Shown here: piece by piece, positions 55,501-64,000 of the stretch
Layout of the letters: every line of letters begins with the position of its first letter
How positions within the stretch are numbered: the stretch's first letter is position 1
Virus record (IMG/VR): IMGVR_UViG_3300025927_000002
Reading direction: 5' to 3' (one strand)
Origin: an uncultured virus (IMG/VR IMGVR_UViG_3300025927_000002)
Lineage: Duplodnaviria; Heunggongvirae; Uroviricota; Caudoviricetes
DNA: 64,000 nucleotides
Position numbers and translations under genes: made by a program
Notes under the pieces: generated by a model
Told to the model about the DNA's origin: nothing
The model's input: the letters and a program-made list of their open reading frames with translations, nothing else
The model's database searches: none

Positions 55501-55716
55501 ATGATCCGCACTATCGACCCTGCGGCCGCAATCCCTGTGCTGGAGCACGCCCTCTGGTGCGCAGAGCAAGGCATGACGCCCGCCGACATCTTCCGTGCGC
55601 TGCAAAAACCGGCGCACGTCTGGCCGACCTGGGCGCGCGCCGTGCAGGCACTAATCGTCGAGCACAACGCGATCAAGAAGCGCCAGACGCAAAGCCTATT
55701 GCGGGAGGCCGCATGA
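55501..55716 (+). CDS. hypothetical protein
   Basis: Coupled ORF. Confidence 0.5.
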   Translation: MIRTIDPAAAIPVLEHALWCAEQGMTPADIFRALQKPAHVWPTWARAVQALIVEHNAIKKRQTQSLLREAA

Positions 55717-56090
55717 CCGCCCGCACCGGCGCCCTCGACAAAGCGCTCGGCGAGCGCACGAAGCTAGATAGCAACTACAAAGCCTCAAAGCGGGAAGAGT
55801 GGTTTGGGCTATATGCCGACCCGGAATGGGGCGAGCGTCTGTGGGATTTCACGAAGCGCCTGGGGCGTTTCGGCCCAGACGATGGCAACACGATGATCGC
55901 TTACGTTACGGAACAGCAGCGCGATTGGCTACACACCGCGCCGTACGAATTCAAATGCGCGGCGCTAACAGCCTGCGCCAATCGGCAGATGCGGGTGCGC
56001 CTTAAGCAAGGGTTATTGGCTATCGATGATCCGCTGCCGGGTGAGCCGGATGATGTTTTTAGAGCTTGTAAACGAGTGCTTGAACTATGA
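55713..56090 (+). CDS. hypothetical protein
   Basis: GGAGG RBS; R...GL..IDDPLPGEP..VF. Confidence 0.65.
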   Translation: MTARTGALDKALGERTKLDSNYKASKREEWFGLYADPEWGERLWDFTKRLGRFGPDDGNTMIAYVTEQQRDWLHTAPYEFKCAALTACANRQMRVRLKQGLLAIDDPLPGEPDDVFRACKRVLEL

Positions 56091-56320
56091 GACCAGCAGA
56101 CGCAACCCTACAAGCACGAATTCTCGAATCGCTCATCAGCGGCGGTAAGATTACGGCGCTAGACGCGTTAGATCTATTCGGAACGATGCGCCTCGCCGCG
56201 CATATCCATGCGCTGCGACGGCGTGGGCACGAGATTATTTCCGTGCGGGAGTCGCTCGGGCGGCGATGGTGGGTGCGGTATTCATTGCAGAAACTCGCTC
56301 CAAAAGCGGCGGCAGAATGA
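56087..56320 (+). CDS. winged-helix protein (HTH_45-like)
   Basis: IL..L..G..IT.LDA...FG..RLAA.I..LR..G..I. Confidence 0.8.
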   Translation: MRPADATLQARILESLISGGKITALDALDLFGTMRLAAHIHALRRRGHEIISVRESLGRRWWVRYSLQKLAPKAAAE

Positions 56321-57318
56321 ATATCAGCATCCGCGAGATTTTGCACCAATACGCCGCATCACGCACGCGAACTTGGGCGCATGACCGCAGCAAGACTGTG
56401 GGCGCAAGCGAGATTGGCCAGTGCGCACGGAAGACGTGGTTTTCCAAGCACGATGCGCCGCGCGATCCGGATTATGTCGATGGTTGGGGCGCGGCACTGC
56501 GCGGCACGACAATCGAAGACCATTATTGGGTGCCAGCGCTGCGCTCATCGCTGCCGGAAGGATGGGAGTTGCTTTTCGCGGGAGATGAACAGCAATCGCT
56601 GAAAGACGGATATCTTTCGGCGACTACGGACGGGTTGCTCAACCATATCGCAACGAGCATTTGCATAAATCTCGATTGCAAATCTATAGATTCGCGCGCC
56701 GACATTTCGAAGGCTAAGGCGCAGCATACCTTCCAGGTTCAAGCTCAGATGGGCTTGATCCGCGACAAGACAAAACACAAGCCAGAGAAAAGCATTATCT
56801 CATATATCGACGCGAGTTTTTGGGATGTCGTGACCGAATTCGTCGTGCCGTTCTCATCCCGCATCTATGCCCATGCGCATGTCCGCGCGACGCAGATCAT
56901 GACCGCGCGCGACGCACTGGACTTACCGCCGGAAGGCAAGATGGCGGGCGGCGATGAGTGCAAGTATTGCGCCTGGGCCTCGCATTGCGCGGAGGTGACG
57001 GTCGCGGGCGTGCCGCGAGACGAAAACGAGCTGGATGATGTGGAAGCGAAGATGCTCAAAGGCATGCGCGATGACCTTATCGCATGCCGCAATGAAGCGG
57101 CCGGCTTCGAGGCGAAGGTCGCCGAGAAACAGGAGCGTATCAAGCTATTCTTAAGGGATCACAATACCCGCCGTCATCGCGGGGATGATTGGTCGGTGTC
57201 GTACTTCCCAGTAAACGGAAAGGCGACGCTCGATCTCGACGCGGTCAAAGCTGCCGGCGTTGACCTCGAACCATACTACAAGACCGGCAATCCTGGAGAG
57301 CGATTGAGGATAGTATGA
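56317..57318 (+). CDS. PD-(D/E)XK exonuclease, Cas4/AddB-like with Fe-S cysteines
   Basis: GASEIGQCAR, TDG, DCKS, Q.QAQM, CKYC....HC. Confidence 0.85.
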   Translation: MNISIREILHQYAASRTRTWAHDRSKTVGASEIGQCARKTWFSKHDAPRDPDYVDGWGAALRGTTIEDHYWVPALRSSLPEGWELLFAGDEQQSLKDGYLSATTDGLLNHIATSICINLDCKSIDSRADISKAKAQHTFQVQAQMGLIRDKTKHKPEKSIISYIDASFWDVVTEFVVPFSSRIYAHAHVRATQIMTARDALDLPPEGKMAGGDECKYCAWASHCAEVTVAGVPRDENELDDVEAKMLKGMRDDLIACRNEAAGFEAKVAEKQERIKLFLRDHNTRRHRGDDWSVSYFPVNGKATLDLDAVKAAGVDLEPYYKTGNPGERLRIV

Positions 57319-57587
57319 GCACCAAAGAACTTGTCATAACGCTTCGAGTGCCGCTCAGCGGAGAGATGTTTGAGGACGCCGCTGCGATTACGAAAGCGGC
57401 CGATATCGTGTCCAAGCTTAGACGGGAACTCGACGAAGAATTCGGTTCGAACGGTCACAGCCTGGTCGTCGATACCGAAACCAAGCGTGCCTCGCGCGCC
57501 GATGCTGGCGTTGAACGCCCGCAGAGCCGCGGTCCGCGCAAGGCGAAGGGTAATAGCGCCGAGAGTACCGTCTTCATACCAACCTAA
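57315..57587 (+). CDS. hypothetical protein
   Basis: Coupled ORF with RBS. Confidence 0.5.
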   Translation: MSTKELVITLRVPLSGEMFEDAAAITKAADIVSKLRRELDEEFGSNGHSLVVDTETKRASRADAGVERPQSRGPRKAKGNSAESTVFIPT

Positions 57588-57660
57588 CCAAGCCAACACA
57601 AGCTCGTCGGGGCGGCTGTCGCCTGCGGCCAGCTTACCAACATAACAGGATAACAAGGTA

Positions 57661-58386
57661 ATGGACGACACAGAACTGATGCTTCGTAGCGGCGAGCTTC
57701 CCAGCGCACCACAAAGAACCGGAACCGCACTGGCGATGCCGGGAGCCGATCCCTTCGCCGCATATGGGGCAAGCGCTCAGACCGGCGATTTTTTGTCCTT
57801 CAAGAATGGCGAGTGGCTGTTCGGGGTGGACGGGGAAATGCTCGATCTCGGGACGCGCTTAGTTGCTAACGTGGAGGGGCTTAAACGCGGCTGGCGATGC
57901 TGGAAAGAGAAGAAGCTGGTCGAGGATCTGACCCGCCCGCTGATCGCCATGATCCCACCAGAGCGCCGCAGCGATCTTGGGGATACTGACCCAGCAATGT
58001 GGGAACGCGACGCCGCCGGGAAGCCGATGGACCCCTACGTGCTCACCGACATGATCGAACTGGCCGACCCAGCTGCGGGGAAGCTGTTCGTCTACGCCAC
58101 CTCATCAAAGGGCGGCACCAACTGCATCAAGCGGTTATGTGCAACCTACAGCCAGCACCGACGCCAGTCGCCTGGCGAGGTGCCGATCGTGTCGCTCGGG
58201 CGTGACAGCTACAACCACCCAGAGTTTAAAAAAATCTACGTCCCAATGCTGGAGGTGGTCGGCTGGACGGATGCCGAGAACCCGTCGGTCGATGGCGAGG
58301 CTGAGGGAGACGACATTCCGTTCGACGGGCCGACCATCCCGGCGCGCGCGGCGGTGGGTGCGCCCGCATCAAAGACACGGTTCTAA
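57661..58386 (+). CDS. single-stranded DNA-binding protein
   Basis: LSF.KNGEW, TSSKGG, P.V.L..DSY.H....IY.P...VGW; acidic tail DDIPF. Confidence 0.75.
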   Translation: MDDTELMLRSGELPSAPQRTGTALAMPGADPFAAYGASAQTGDFLSFKNGEWLFGVDGEMLDLGTRLVANVEGLKRGWRCWKEKKLVEDLTRPLIAMIPPERRSDLGDTDPAMWERDAAGKPMDPYVLTDMIELADPAAGKLFVYATSSKGGTNCIKRLCATYSQHRRQSPGEVPIVSLGRDSYNHPEFKKIYVPMLEVVGWTDAENPSVDGEAEGDDIPFDGPTIPARAAVGAPASKTRF

Positions 58387-58389
58387 TAG

Positions 58390-60762
58390 ATGCGGGCGAC
58401 TGCAATGCGCAGCACTGGGATTGATTGGGCTGCGCACATTGAGGCAGTCGCCCGCCGCCTCCGCGGCGAGCCGAACCAGCATCTCTCCAGCAAGACAGAG
58501 TTGCGGTTCGGCTCAAACGGCGGATTGCGCGTAACTGTCGCCGGAGAGCATCGCGGAACCTGGACAGATTTCACCGACGGTAATGCCAGCGGCGGTGTCC
58601 TCGATTTGATCGCCCATGATCTCCATTGCACAAAAAGCGCCGCGTTCGATTGGCTGAAAACAGAATTAAAGGTTGACATGCCGGATGATAAGCCAGCGCC
58701 AAAAGTCGCTAAGCAAGCGGCGCGCCCGGCCGCGCCGCAGCGCGTTGTCGACATTTATCGATATAATGACGAGCAGGGCAGTGTCCTCTATCGGGTGCTG
58801 CGATGGGGACCGCACAAGACATTCACGCAAAATCCGCCGGACGGCAAGGGCGGATGGATCACCGGCCCGGGCTGCATGAATGGCGTGCGCCGCGTGCCGT
58901 ACCACATCAACGAATGGCTGTGGCACCCGGATCGCCCGCTCTACATCGCCGAGGGTGAAAAGGACGCCGACCGATTACGCGCTCTCGGTCTGCTCGCAAC
59001 ATGCAATGCCGGCGGCGCCGGGAACTGGCTGCCAACCGATAAGGATAACGCCGCGGAATTCATCGCGCTGTTCAGCGACCGTACGATTGTCGTGCTGCCC
59101 GACAATGATGAAGACGGGCGCAAATATGCAGACGCGGTTGTTCGCAGTCTGCTCCCCGTAGCAGCAGAGATCCGTGTCGTCGCGCTGCCCGGTCTGGCCG
59201 AGAAGGGCGACGTGTCGGACTGGCTCGATGCTGGGGGCGACAAGGATGCGTTGCTGGCGCTGGCTGACGCCGCAGTCCCGGTGCGAGAGGCGCCTACTAC
59301 GCCGGCTAATGTGGTGCGGTTGCGGGCGGTCGAGAGCGAGCCAAAGCCAGAGGGCGATGCGCTGGAGCTATTCGGCCACCCGCTTAATGATATCGGGAAT
59401 GCGGAACGACTTATAGCGCGATACGGTGACAAGCTGCGCTATGTCGTCAATGTTGGCTGGTTTGTGTGGGACGGGCGACGATTTCACTATGACCCGGCCA
59501 TAGTCAAGGCTCGCATATTTGCGCATGATACTGTGCGCGATATGCTGGTTAATGCCTTCGACGCACCGTCGCATAAAAAGGAGCAGGAAGAGCGCAAGAA
59601 AGGTCTTATTAAATTTGCCATCAGCTCCGGCAACACCGGAAAGATCAACGGTATGTTGGCGCAAGCTGAGCCGCAACAGGCGATTGAAAACGGCGACCTT
59701 GACCGTGACCCATGGCTGTTCAATTGTGCCAACGGCACGCTTGACTTGCGCAGTGGTGAGCTGCGCCCGCATAGTCAGGATGATTTGCTAAGTAAGCTAT
59801 CGCCCGTAGCCTTCGACCCGAATGCAGAATGCCCAATATGGGAAAAGACAATATTGGAGATATTCGGTGGTGATAGGGAAATGGTGGATTATGTCCAACG
59901 CGCCATCGGGTATTCGGCGACCGGGCTAACCACAGAGCAGGTTATATTCATTATGCACGGTGCCGGGTCGAATGGCAAAAGTCTAATGCTAACGATCCTC
60001 GATGCGGTATTCGGCGATTATAGCATCACCGCCGCCAGTAAAACGTTTGTGCAGGACGATAAGGGAGACACGGCGTCGAATGATGTTGCGCGGCTCGCCG
60101 GCTCTCGGTTCGTCTCTGTCATCGAGACCGAACAAGAGAAAAAGCTGGCCGAAGGCTTTGTTAAACAAGCTACCGGCGGTGATGTTATGTCGGCGCGGTT
60201 TTTATTTAAGGAGTATTTTGAATTTATTCCAGTATTCAAAATATGGATGGCGACCAACCACAAGCCGCGGGTGCGTGGAACCGATAATGCCATCTGGCGG
60301 CGCATCAGGTTGCTGCCGTTTCTCATTATATTTGCTGATCCTGAAGAGGCGGAAGCGGGACAGCCTATCAAGGATCTCGGCTTAAAAGAAAAGCTAATGC
60401 AGGAACTCCCCGGTATACTTCGATGGGTTTTAGATGGCGTTGCCTCATGGCGCGTGCATGGTCTGACGCAAGCGCCGGCGGCCGTTATGGAGGCCACGAA
60501 AGAGTACCGGGAGAGTCAGGATGCAACCGAAGGTTTTATTGTCGAGTGCTGCCATGTGTCACCCGGTCTACAATCTACGGTTGGTGATTTGTTCAAGGCA
60601 TATAAGATTTGGTGCATCTCCAACGGAGAGACCGCAATCAGCTCGACAGCGTTCGGGTTGGCCTTGGAGGAGAAGGGGTACCCATCGGCACGGGCACCGG
60701 GGGGGAAGAGGATGCGTAAGGGGTTGATGTTAAAGGAGGAATATAGTGTGGTGGAGGGGTGA
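58390..60762 (+). CDS. primase (TOPRIM)-SF3 helicase (P4 alpha/D5-like)
   Basis: IAEGEKDAD, PDND..G, KGDVSDW; D5_N FNCANGTLDL; Walker A GAGSNGKS; TNHKP. Confidence 0.93.
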   Translation: MRATAMRSTGIDWAAHIEAVARRLRGEPNQHLSSKTELRFGSNGGLRVTVAGEHRGTWTDFTDGNASGGVLDLIAHDLHCTKSAAFDWLKTELKVDMPDDKPAPKVAKQAARPAAPQRVVDIYRYNDEQGSVLYRVLRWGPHKTFTQNPPDGKGGWITGPGCMNGVRRVPYHINEWLWHPDRPLYIAEGEKDADRLRALGLLATCNAGGAGNWLPTDKDNAAEFIALFSDRTIVVLPDNDEDGRKYADAVVRSLLPVAAEIRVVALPGLAEKGDVSDWLDAGGDKDALLALADAAVPVREAPTTPANVVRLRAVESEPKPEGDALELFGHPLNDIGNAERLIARYGDKLRYVVNVGWFVWDGRRFHYDPAIVKARIFAHDTVRDMLVNAFDAPSHKKEQEERKKGLIKFAISSGNTGKINGMLAQAEPQQAIENGDLDRDPWLFNCANGTLDLRSGELRPHSQDDLLSKLSPVAFDPNAECPIWEKTILEIFGGDREMVDYVQRAIGYSATGLTTEQVIFIMHGAGSNGKSLMLTILDAVFGDYSITAASKTFVQDDKGDTASNDVARLAGSRFVSVIETEQEKKLAEGFVKQATGGDVMSARFLFKEYFEFIPVFKIWMATNHKPRVRGTDNAIWRRIRLLPFLIIFADPEEAEAGQPIKDLGLKEKLMQELPGILRWVLDGVASWRVHGLTQAPAAVMEATKEYRESQDATEGFIVECCHVSPGLQSTVGDLFKAYKIWCISNGETAISSTAFGLALEEKGYPSARAPGGKRMRKGLMLKEEYSVVEG

Positions 60763-60781
60763 TATAATAAGCATGGCTTAC

Positions 60782-60886
60782 TGTGACATGTTGCGAGTTG
60801 TGACGCGAAATCTTTATAATAGCCTACACACATATTTTCTCACGCGCGGCATAAGGAAAACGTGTCACAACCCGCAACATGTCACA
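60782..60886. repeat. 26-bp inverted repeat flanking an AT-rich spacer (candidate replication origin)
   Basis: TGTGACATGTTGCGAGTTGTGACGCG versus reverse complement of 60861-60886, 24/26 identical. Confidence 0.75.
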
Positions 60887-60955
60887 CGTCAGCAAGGCTG
60901 ACCTATTTTGCGACCGTCTTTTCGCGCGAGACGCGAGGGCTTTTGGAGGACTGAC

Positions 60956-61684
60956 GTGGACACCGACGACGTGCCGTTCGGCAAATATCAAGGCATGGAT
61001 ATCAATGTCCTACTGGCCGACCGCGGTTACTGCATGTGGCTTGTGCGGCAAGACTGGCTAGAGGAACGATATCCCGCTATATACGGGATGATTGTCGATC
61101 AATATGATGTCGATGTCAGCGAATATATTCCTAGCGAAAGAATTAGGCAGCCAAAGCAAACCAAGAGGCAGGCGGCAGCGGAGGCGCATGGGGCGGCGGT
61201 TGTTGCTGCCTCGATCGCGACGTCGGTGCGTCAGCGCATGATCGAGAAGCAATCCGCCGCTGCGGCCGTGTTTGAAGCGCGCTGGACTTTAAACGCGTTG
61301 TTGCGCGAGGCGCCCGACTTGTACGAGGCGCTCCAGGATCAGCTCGGTATGTTTCACGCAAGTCTCGGGGCCGGGACAGACGAGCAGATTGTCGCGCATG
61401 GCGAGGCGATGTGTCGGGGCTGGGCGGCGGCGATCGCGGTGATGGAGAAATCCAACATCGCGGCCGATGCGATTCACATTGGCGAGTTCGGGGAGTGCGT
61501 GGTTGCGATCGGGCGCATGCAGAAGGCGCCGGGATGGCTGCGCGAGCAATACGGGGATGGGGTGGTGTACCTGTGTCCGCGCGAGGTCGCGATGCTGTAT
61601 TTGCGACTCGACGTGGCGCGCGCGCTGAAGGCGGAATGGCCGGATGCTGAACTTACGGAGATACGCGAAAAGGAGAACGCATGA
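60956..61684 (+). CDS. hypothetical protein with N-terminal PFGKY domain
   Basis: GGAGG RBS, GTG start, VPFGKYQG...D.GYC.WL. Confidence 0.65.
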   Translation: MDTDDVPFGKYQGMDINVLLADRGYCMWLVRQDWLEERYPAIYGMIVDQYDVDVSEYIPSERIRQPKQTKRQAAAEAHGAAVVAASIATSVRQRMIEKQSAAAAVFEARWTLNALLREAPDLYEALQDQLGMFHASLGAGTDEQIVAHGEAMCRGWAAAIAVMEKSNIAADAIHIGEFGECVVAIGRMQKAPGWLREQYGDGVVYLCPREVAMLYLRLDVARALKAEWPDAELTEIREKENA

Positions 61685-62049
61685 CCAATGCGGAAACGCT
61701 GGAAACCCTAAAGATCATTTCTGTGAGCTTGTGGAGCATCGCTCGCAGAAATGAACGGCTCGAAAGGATGCTCCGAACTATCGATGTGAAGGTGGATACT
61801 GTTATGGGTTACAAAGAAGACCTGATGGAGCTTGTCGAGGGGCAAGAGACGTTGAAGCAATCGTTTGTTGCTTATGACGATGGCATCAAATCCCGCATCG
61901 ATCAGCTGAAGGCCGAACTGCTGGCGGCGCTCAGTGGGAACCCGGCGCTCGCCGAGGTCGACGCGCTTGTCGCTAAGGCGAAGGCTGACATCAATTCCGA
62001 CTCGAACGAGGTATTTGACCGGATGCGGGCAAACACGCCGGAAGGCTGA
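61681..62049 (+). CDS. hypothetical coiled-coil protein
   Basis: AGGAG RBS. Confidence 0.6.
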   Translation: MTNAETLETLKIISVSLWSIARRNERLERMLRTIDVKVDTVMGYKEDLMELVEGQETLKQSFVAYDDGIKSRIDQLKAELLAALSGNPALAEVDALVAKAKADINSDSNEVFDRMRANTPEG

Positions 62050-62110
62050 CAATTGAGAAAGGGGCGGCCTGCGGGCCGCCTCATCTGCAACCATGCGAGA
62101 GGAATACACA

Positions 62111-62509
62111 ATGAACCGTTATGCTTTGATCCTGCCGATGTTGCTGATGGTGTCTCCTGCGATGGCGGCTGACCCGCCCCAAGCTCAGCCGCCGGCTCAG
62201 GCTCAGCCGCCGGCTCAGGCTCAGCCGCCGGCTCAGGCTCAGCCGCCGGCTCAGGCTCAGCCGCCGGCTCAGGCTCAGGACGAGCTGGCCAGTGCGATGA
62301 ATTCGGCATTGCAAGACAGCGCCAAGGCTGCTGGCAATCTCGGTAATGCGGCCCGGGTTGCGATGCAGCAACGGGCGCAGTTGCAGGCACTGCTGGTCAG
62401 GGCGGTGGAGCTGTGCGCCGAGCGGTGCATCGAGCTGACGGGGCCGATTGCACCGGCTGAGCCAGCGCCTGCTGAGGTGAAGCCGGAAGTCGCGGCGCCA
62501 CCGAAATGA
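62111..62509 (+). CDS. secreted protein with AQPPAQ repeats
   Basis: Signal peptide ending AMA; GAGG RBS. Confidence 0.7.
   Translation: MNRYALILPMLLMVSPAMAADPPQAQPPAQAQPPAQAQPPAQAQPPAQAQPPAQAQDELASAMNSALQDSAKAAGNLGNAARVAMQQRAQLQALLVRAVELCAERCIELTGPIAPAEPAPAEVKPEVAAPPK
62183..62278 (+). repeat. perfect 18-nt tandem repeat, 5.3 copies
   Basis: (GCTCAGCCGCCGGCTCAG)5 GCTCAG. Confidence 0.95.
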
Positions 62510-62934
62510 CCGACCGCGGCACGGTCGATTCGACGCGCCAACGGGGCGAGGACATCGCCCCCCAACTGCGGGCTGAAGTCGAGCGGCTGCGCGATGATTT
62601 CGTGCAAGCATCTGATCAAGCCGATGAGCTGCAGGTTGAGATTGAGCGCCTGCGGGCTGAAGCTTTGCGAAACGAGGTTATCGCGACGGGGTTCAAGCTG
62701 GAGCTTGATGAACTGCGTGCGGCTATCCCGGAAATCGTCGGCTGTGCTTATGGCGAGGGGCTGGCGTGCCGACGCGATACTGACGGCCGGCATGGGTGTT
62801 GCTTGGCGCGGTTGCGCGCGCTGCGGCTTGGCATCGGGGTGGCGCCCGAAGGCTGGGCACAGGCCGGCGAGGATTTCGCGGCGCGGTATCCGGTGACGTT
62901 GGCTAAGCTTGCGGAGGAGGACGATGGGGCATGA
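62506..62934 (+). CDS. hypothetical protein
   Basis: LRAEVERLR motif; coupled. Confidence 0.6.
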   Translation: MTDRGTVDSTRQRGEDIAPQLRAEVERLRDDFVQASDQADELQVEIERLRAEALRNEVIATGFKLELDELRAAIPEIVGCAYGEGLACRRDTDGRHGCCLARLRALRLGIGVAPEGWAQAGEDFAARYPVTLAKLAEEDDGA

Positions 62935-63152
62935 ACAAGGATGAAGATCTGGAAATTGTTGTGATGCCGCAAGTTTTGGAAGCCATAGCTGGCGATCCTG
63001 AGTTGGCGGAGATGCTTCGCGAATTCCTCGCCAACGCGCACCAGGCGCATGAAGCGGTTAGGTCGGGGCGATACGAGACCTTCCAGGATGCGATAGAGGC
63101 TATCACGGGGTTTGAGCTGAAGGTGCTGGAGGACGAGGACGATGTTGCCTGA
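62931..63152 (+). CDS. hypothetical acidic protein
   Basis: Coupled ORF. Confidence 0.55.
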   Translation: MNKDEDLEIVVMPQVLEAIAGDPELAEMLREFLANAHQAHEAVRSGRYETFQDAIEAITGFELKVLEDEDDVA

Positions 63153-63394
63153 TGGCGATTAGGCGCGATGCGGCGGTGCTGTGATGGCCGAAGAGGGGGC
63201 GTCGGCTACCCCTATGGCCGAAACGTCTGAAATCGCGTCCAGCGCCACCGCATGCGCTCTATGGACATGTCCGCCTTTGGCGTACGGGCTGCACCGCCGA
63301 CCGGGCTTCCGCTGCCGGCGGCATGGCGGTGAGTCCGTGTGCGGAATCTGCGCCGGCGATTTAGTCGATGCTGTCAGGACAAGGGAGGATGCTG

Positions 63395-63423
63395 TCCTGC
63401 ATCCTGATGGTGCAGGATTTTTT
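63395..63423 (+). terminator. intrinsic terminator
   Basis: TCCTGCATC-CTGAT-GGTGCAGGA followed by T6. Confidence 0.65.
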
Positions 63424-63476
63424 ATGCCATAGGCGAAGATTCTTGTTGACGCGACTTAATTTACGGAGCACCCTAA

Positions 63477-64000
63477 ATGCTAGGCACCAGATTTGCGACT
63501 GCTTCCCGCTCCGTGCAATCACGGGCTGGGTCGCGCAAGGCCAAGGCAAACCGCCACCATATCGGAGACGAGCTAACGCCTGAGCGGCGTCAGCACGGCT
63601 CGATCGTGCGTGCCGACGGGCCGGTCGAGGATGTCGACGGCAATTATGGGGTGCCCTATATCGCCCGCGACATTCTTGCGACCATGGAAGCGCGCGGCAC
63701 GATTAGCGCAGAGATGCGGATTGCTGGCGATCAATTCAGAGAGAATTTCCGGCGGGCTCATTTGGACGAGATGCGCGCAGCCGATCTCGGGCGGGTTGCT
63801 GGCATCGGGGGATCGCTCGATGAGGATCTCAGAATCATGGCCGCAAAGGCTGCGGTTATGCGGGCAATCAAAGATGTTGGCGAACCTGGTGGCAGCATTT
63901 TGTGGAATGTTGTTGGCTTGGAGTGCTCGCTAAAAGATTGGGCGATCGGGCAAAGTTGGAACGGCCGCCCGACCAACGCGGCGGCCGCCAGCGGAATGCT
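63477..64000 (+). CDS. DUF6456-like late regulator (Q-like position), truncated by the window end
   Basis: Hand translation: TPERRQH...LATMEARGTI...AGDQF...F..A.L...GSILWNVVGLECSLKDWA. Confidence 0.7.
   Translation, partial: MLGTRFATASRSVQSRAGSRKAKANRHHIGDELTPERRQHGSIVRADGPVEDVDGNYGVPYIARDILATMEARGTISAEMRIAGDQFRENFRRAHLDEMRAADLGRVAGIGGSLDEDLRIMAAKAAVMRAIKDVGEPGGSILWNVVGLECSLKDWAIGQSWNGRPTNAAAASGM

Noticed and set aside
56317..57318. Cas4 as adaptation module for the RAMP locus
   Set aside because: It sits beside the SSB and primase 7 kb away on the other strand; solo Cas4-like exonucleases are routine phage recombination genes.

Overview
The window holds most of a GC-rich temperate podovirus-like phage or prophage, probably of an alphaproteobacterial host (inferred from DUF3597, DUF6456-like and Cro-family genes). 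Gene order: terS, DNA methylase, terL, portal, scaffold, capsid, head-tail and fibre genes, ejection proteins, a block of signal-peptide-bearing proteins, lysis genes, a leftward early operon, a cI/cro switch with three 16-bp operators, a replication module with primase-helicase, and a late regulator. No integrase is visible. The standout is in the leftward operon: a Cas7/RAMP-like gene (48570-49229), a coupled accessory gene (48124-48573) and a 544-nt non-coding array of GGY-NN pentamers punctuated into about 11 units (47565-48108). This looks like a phage-encoded RNA-guided system with a non-contiguous dinucleotide code, resembling what I recall as VIPR. Also notable: a tnpB-only IS200/IS605 element inserted exactly at a stop/start junction; two PEP-CTERM morons, one with a full sigma54/IHF/enhancer promoter; a tRNA-like RNA with an extended anticodon arm; and a G1 glutamic peptidase. 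All protein calls are by-eye motif recognition, not database searches.
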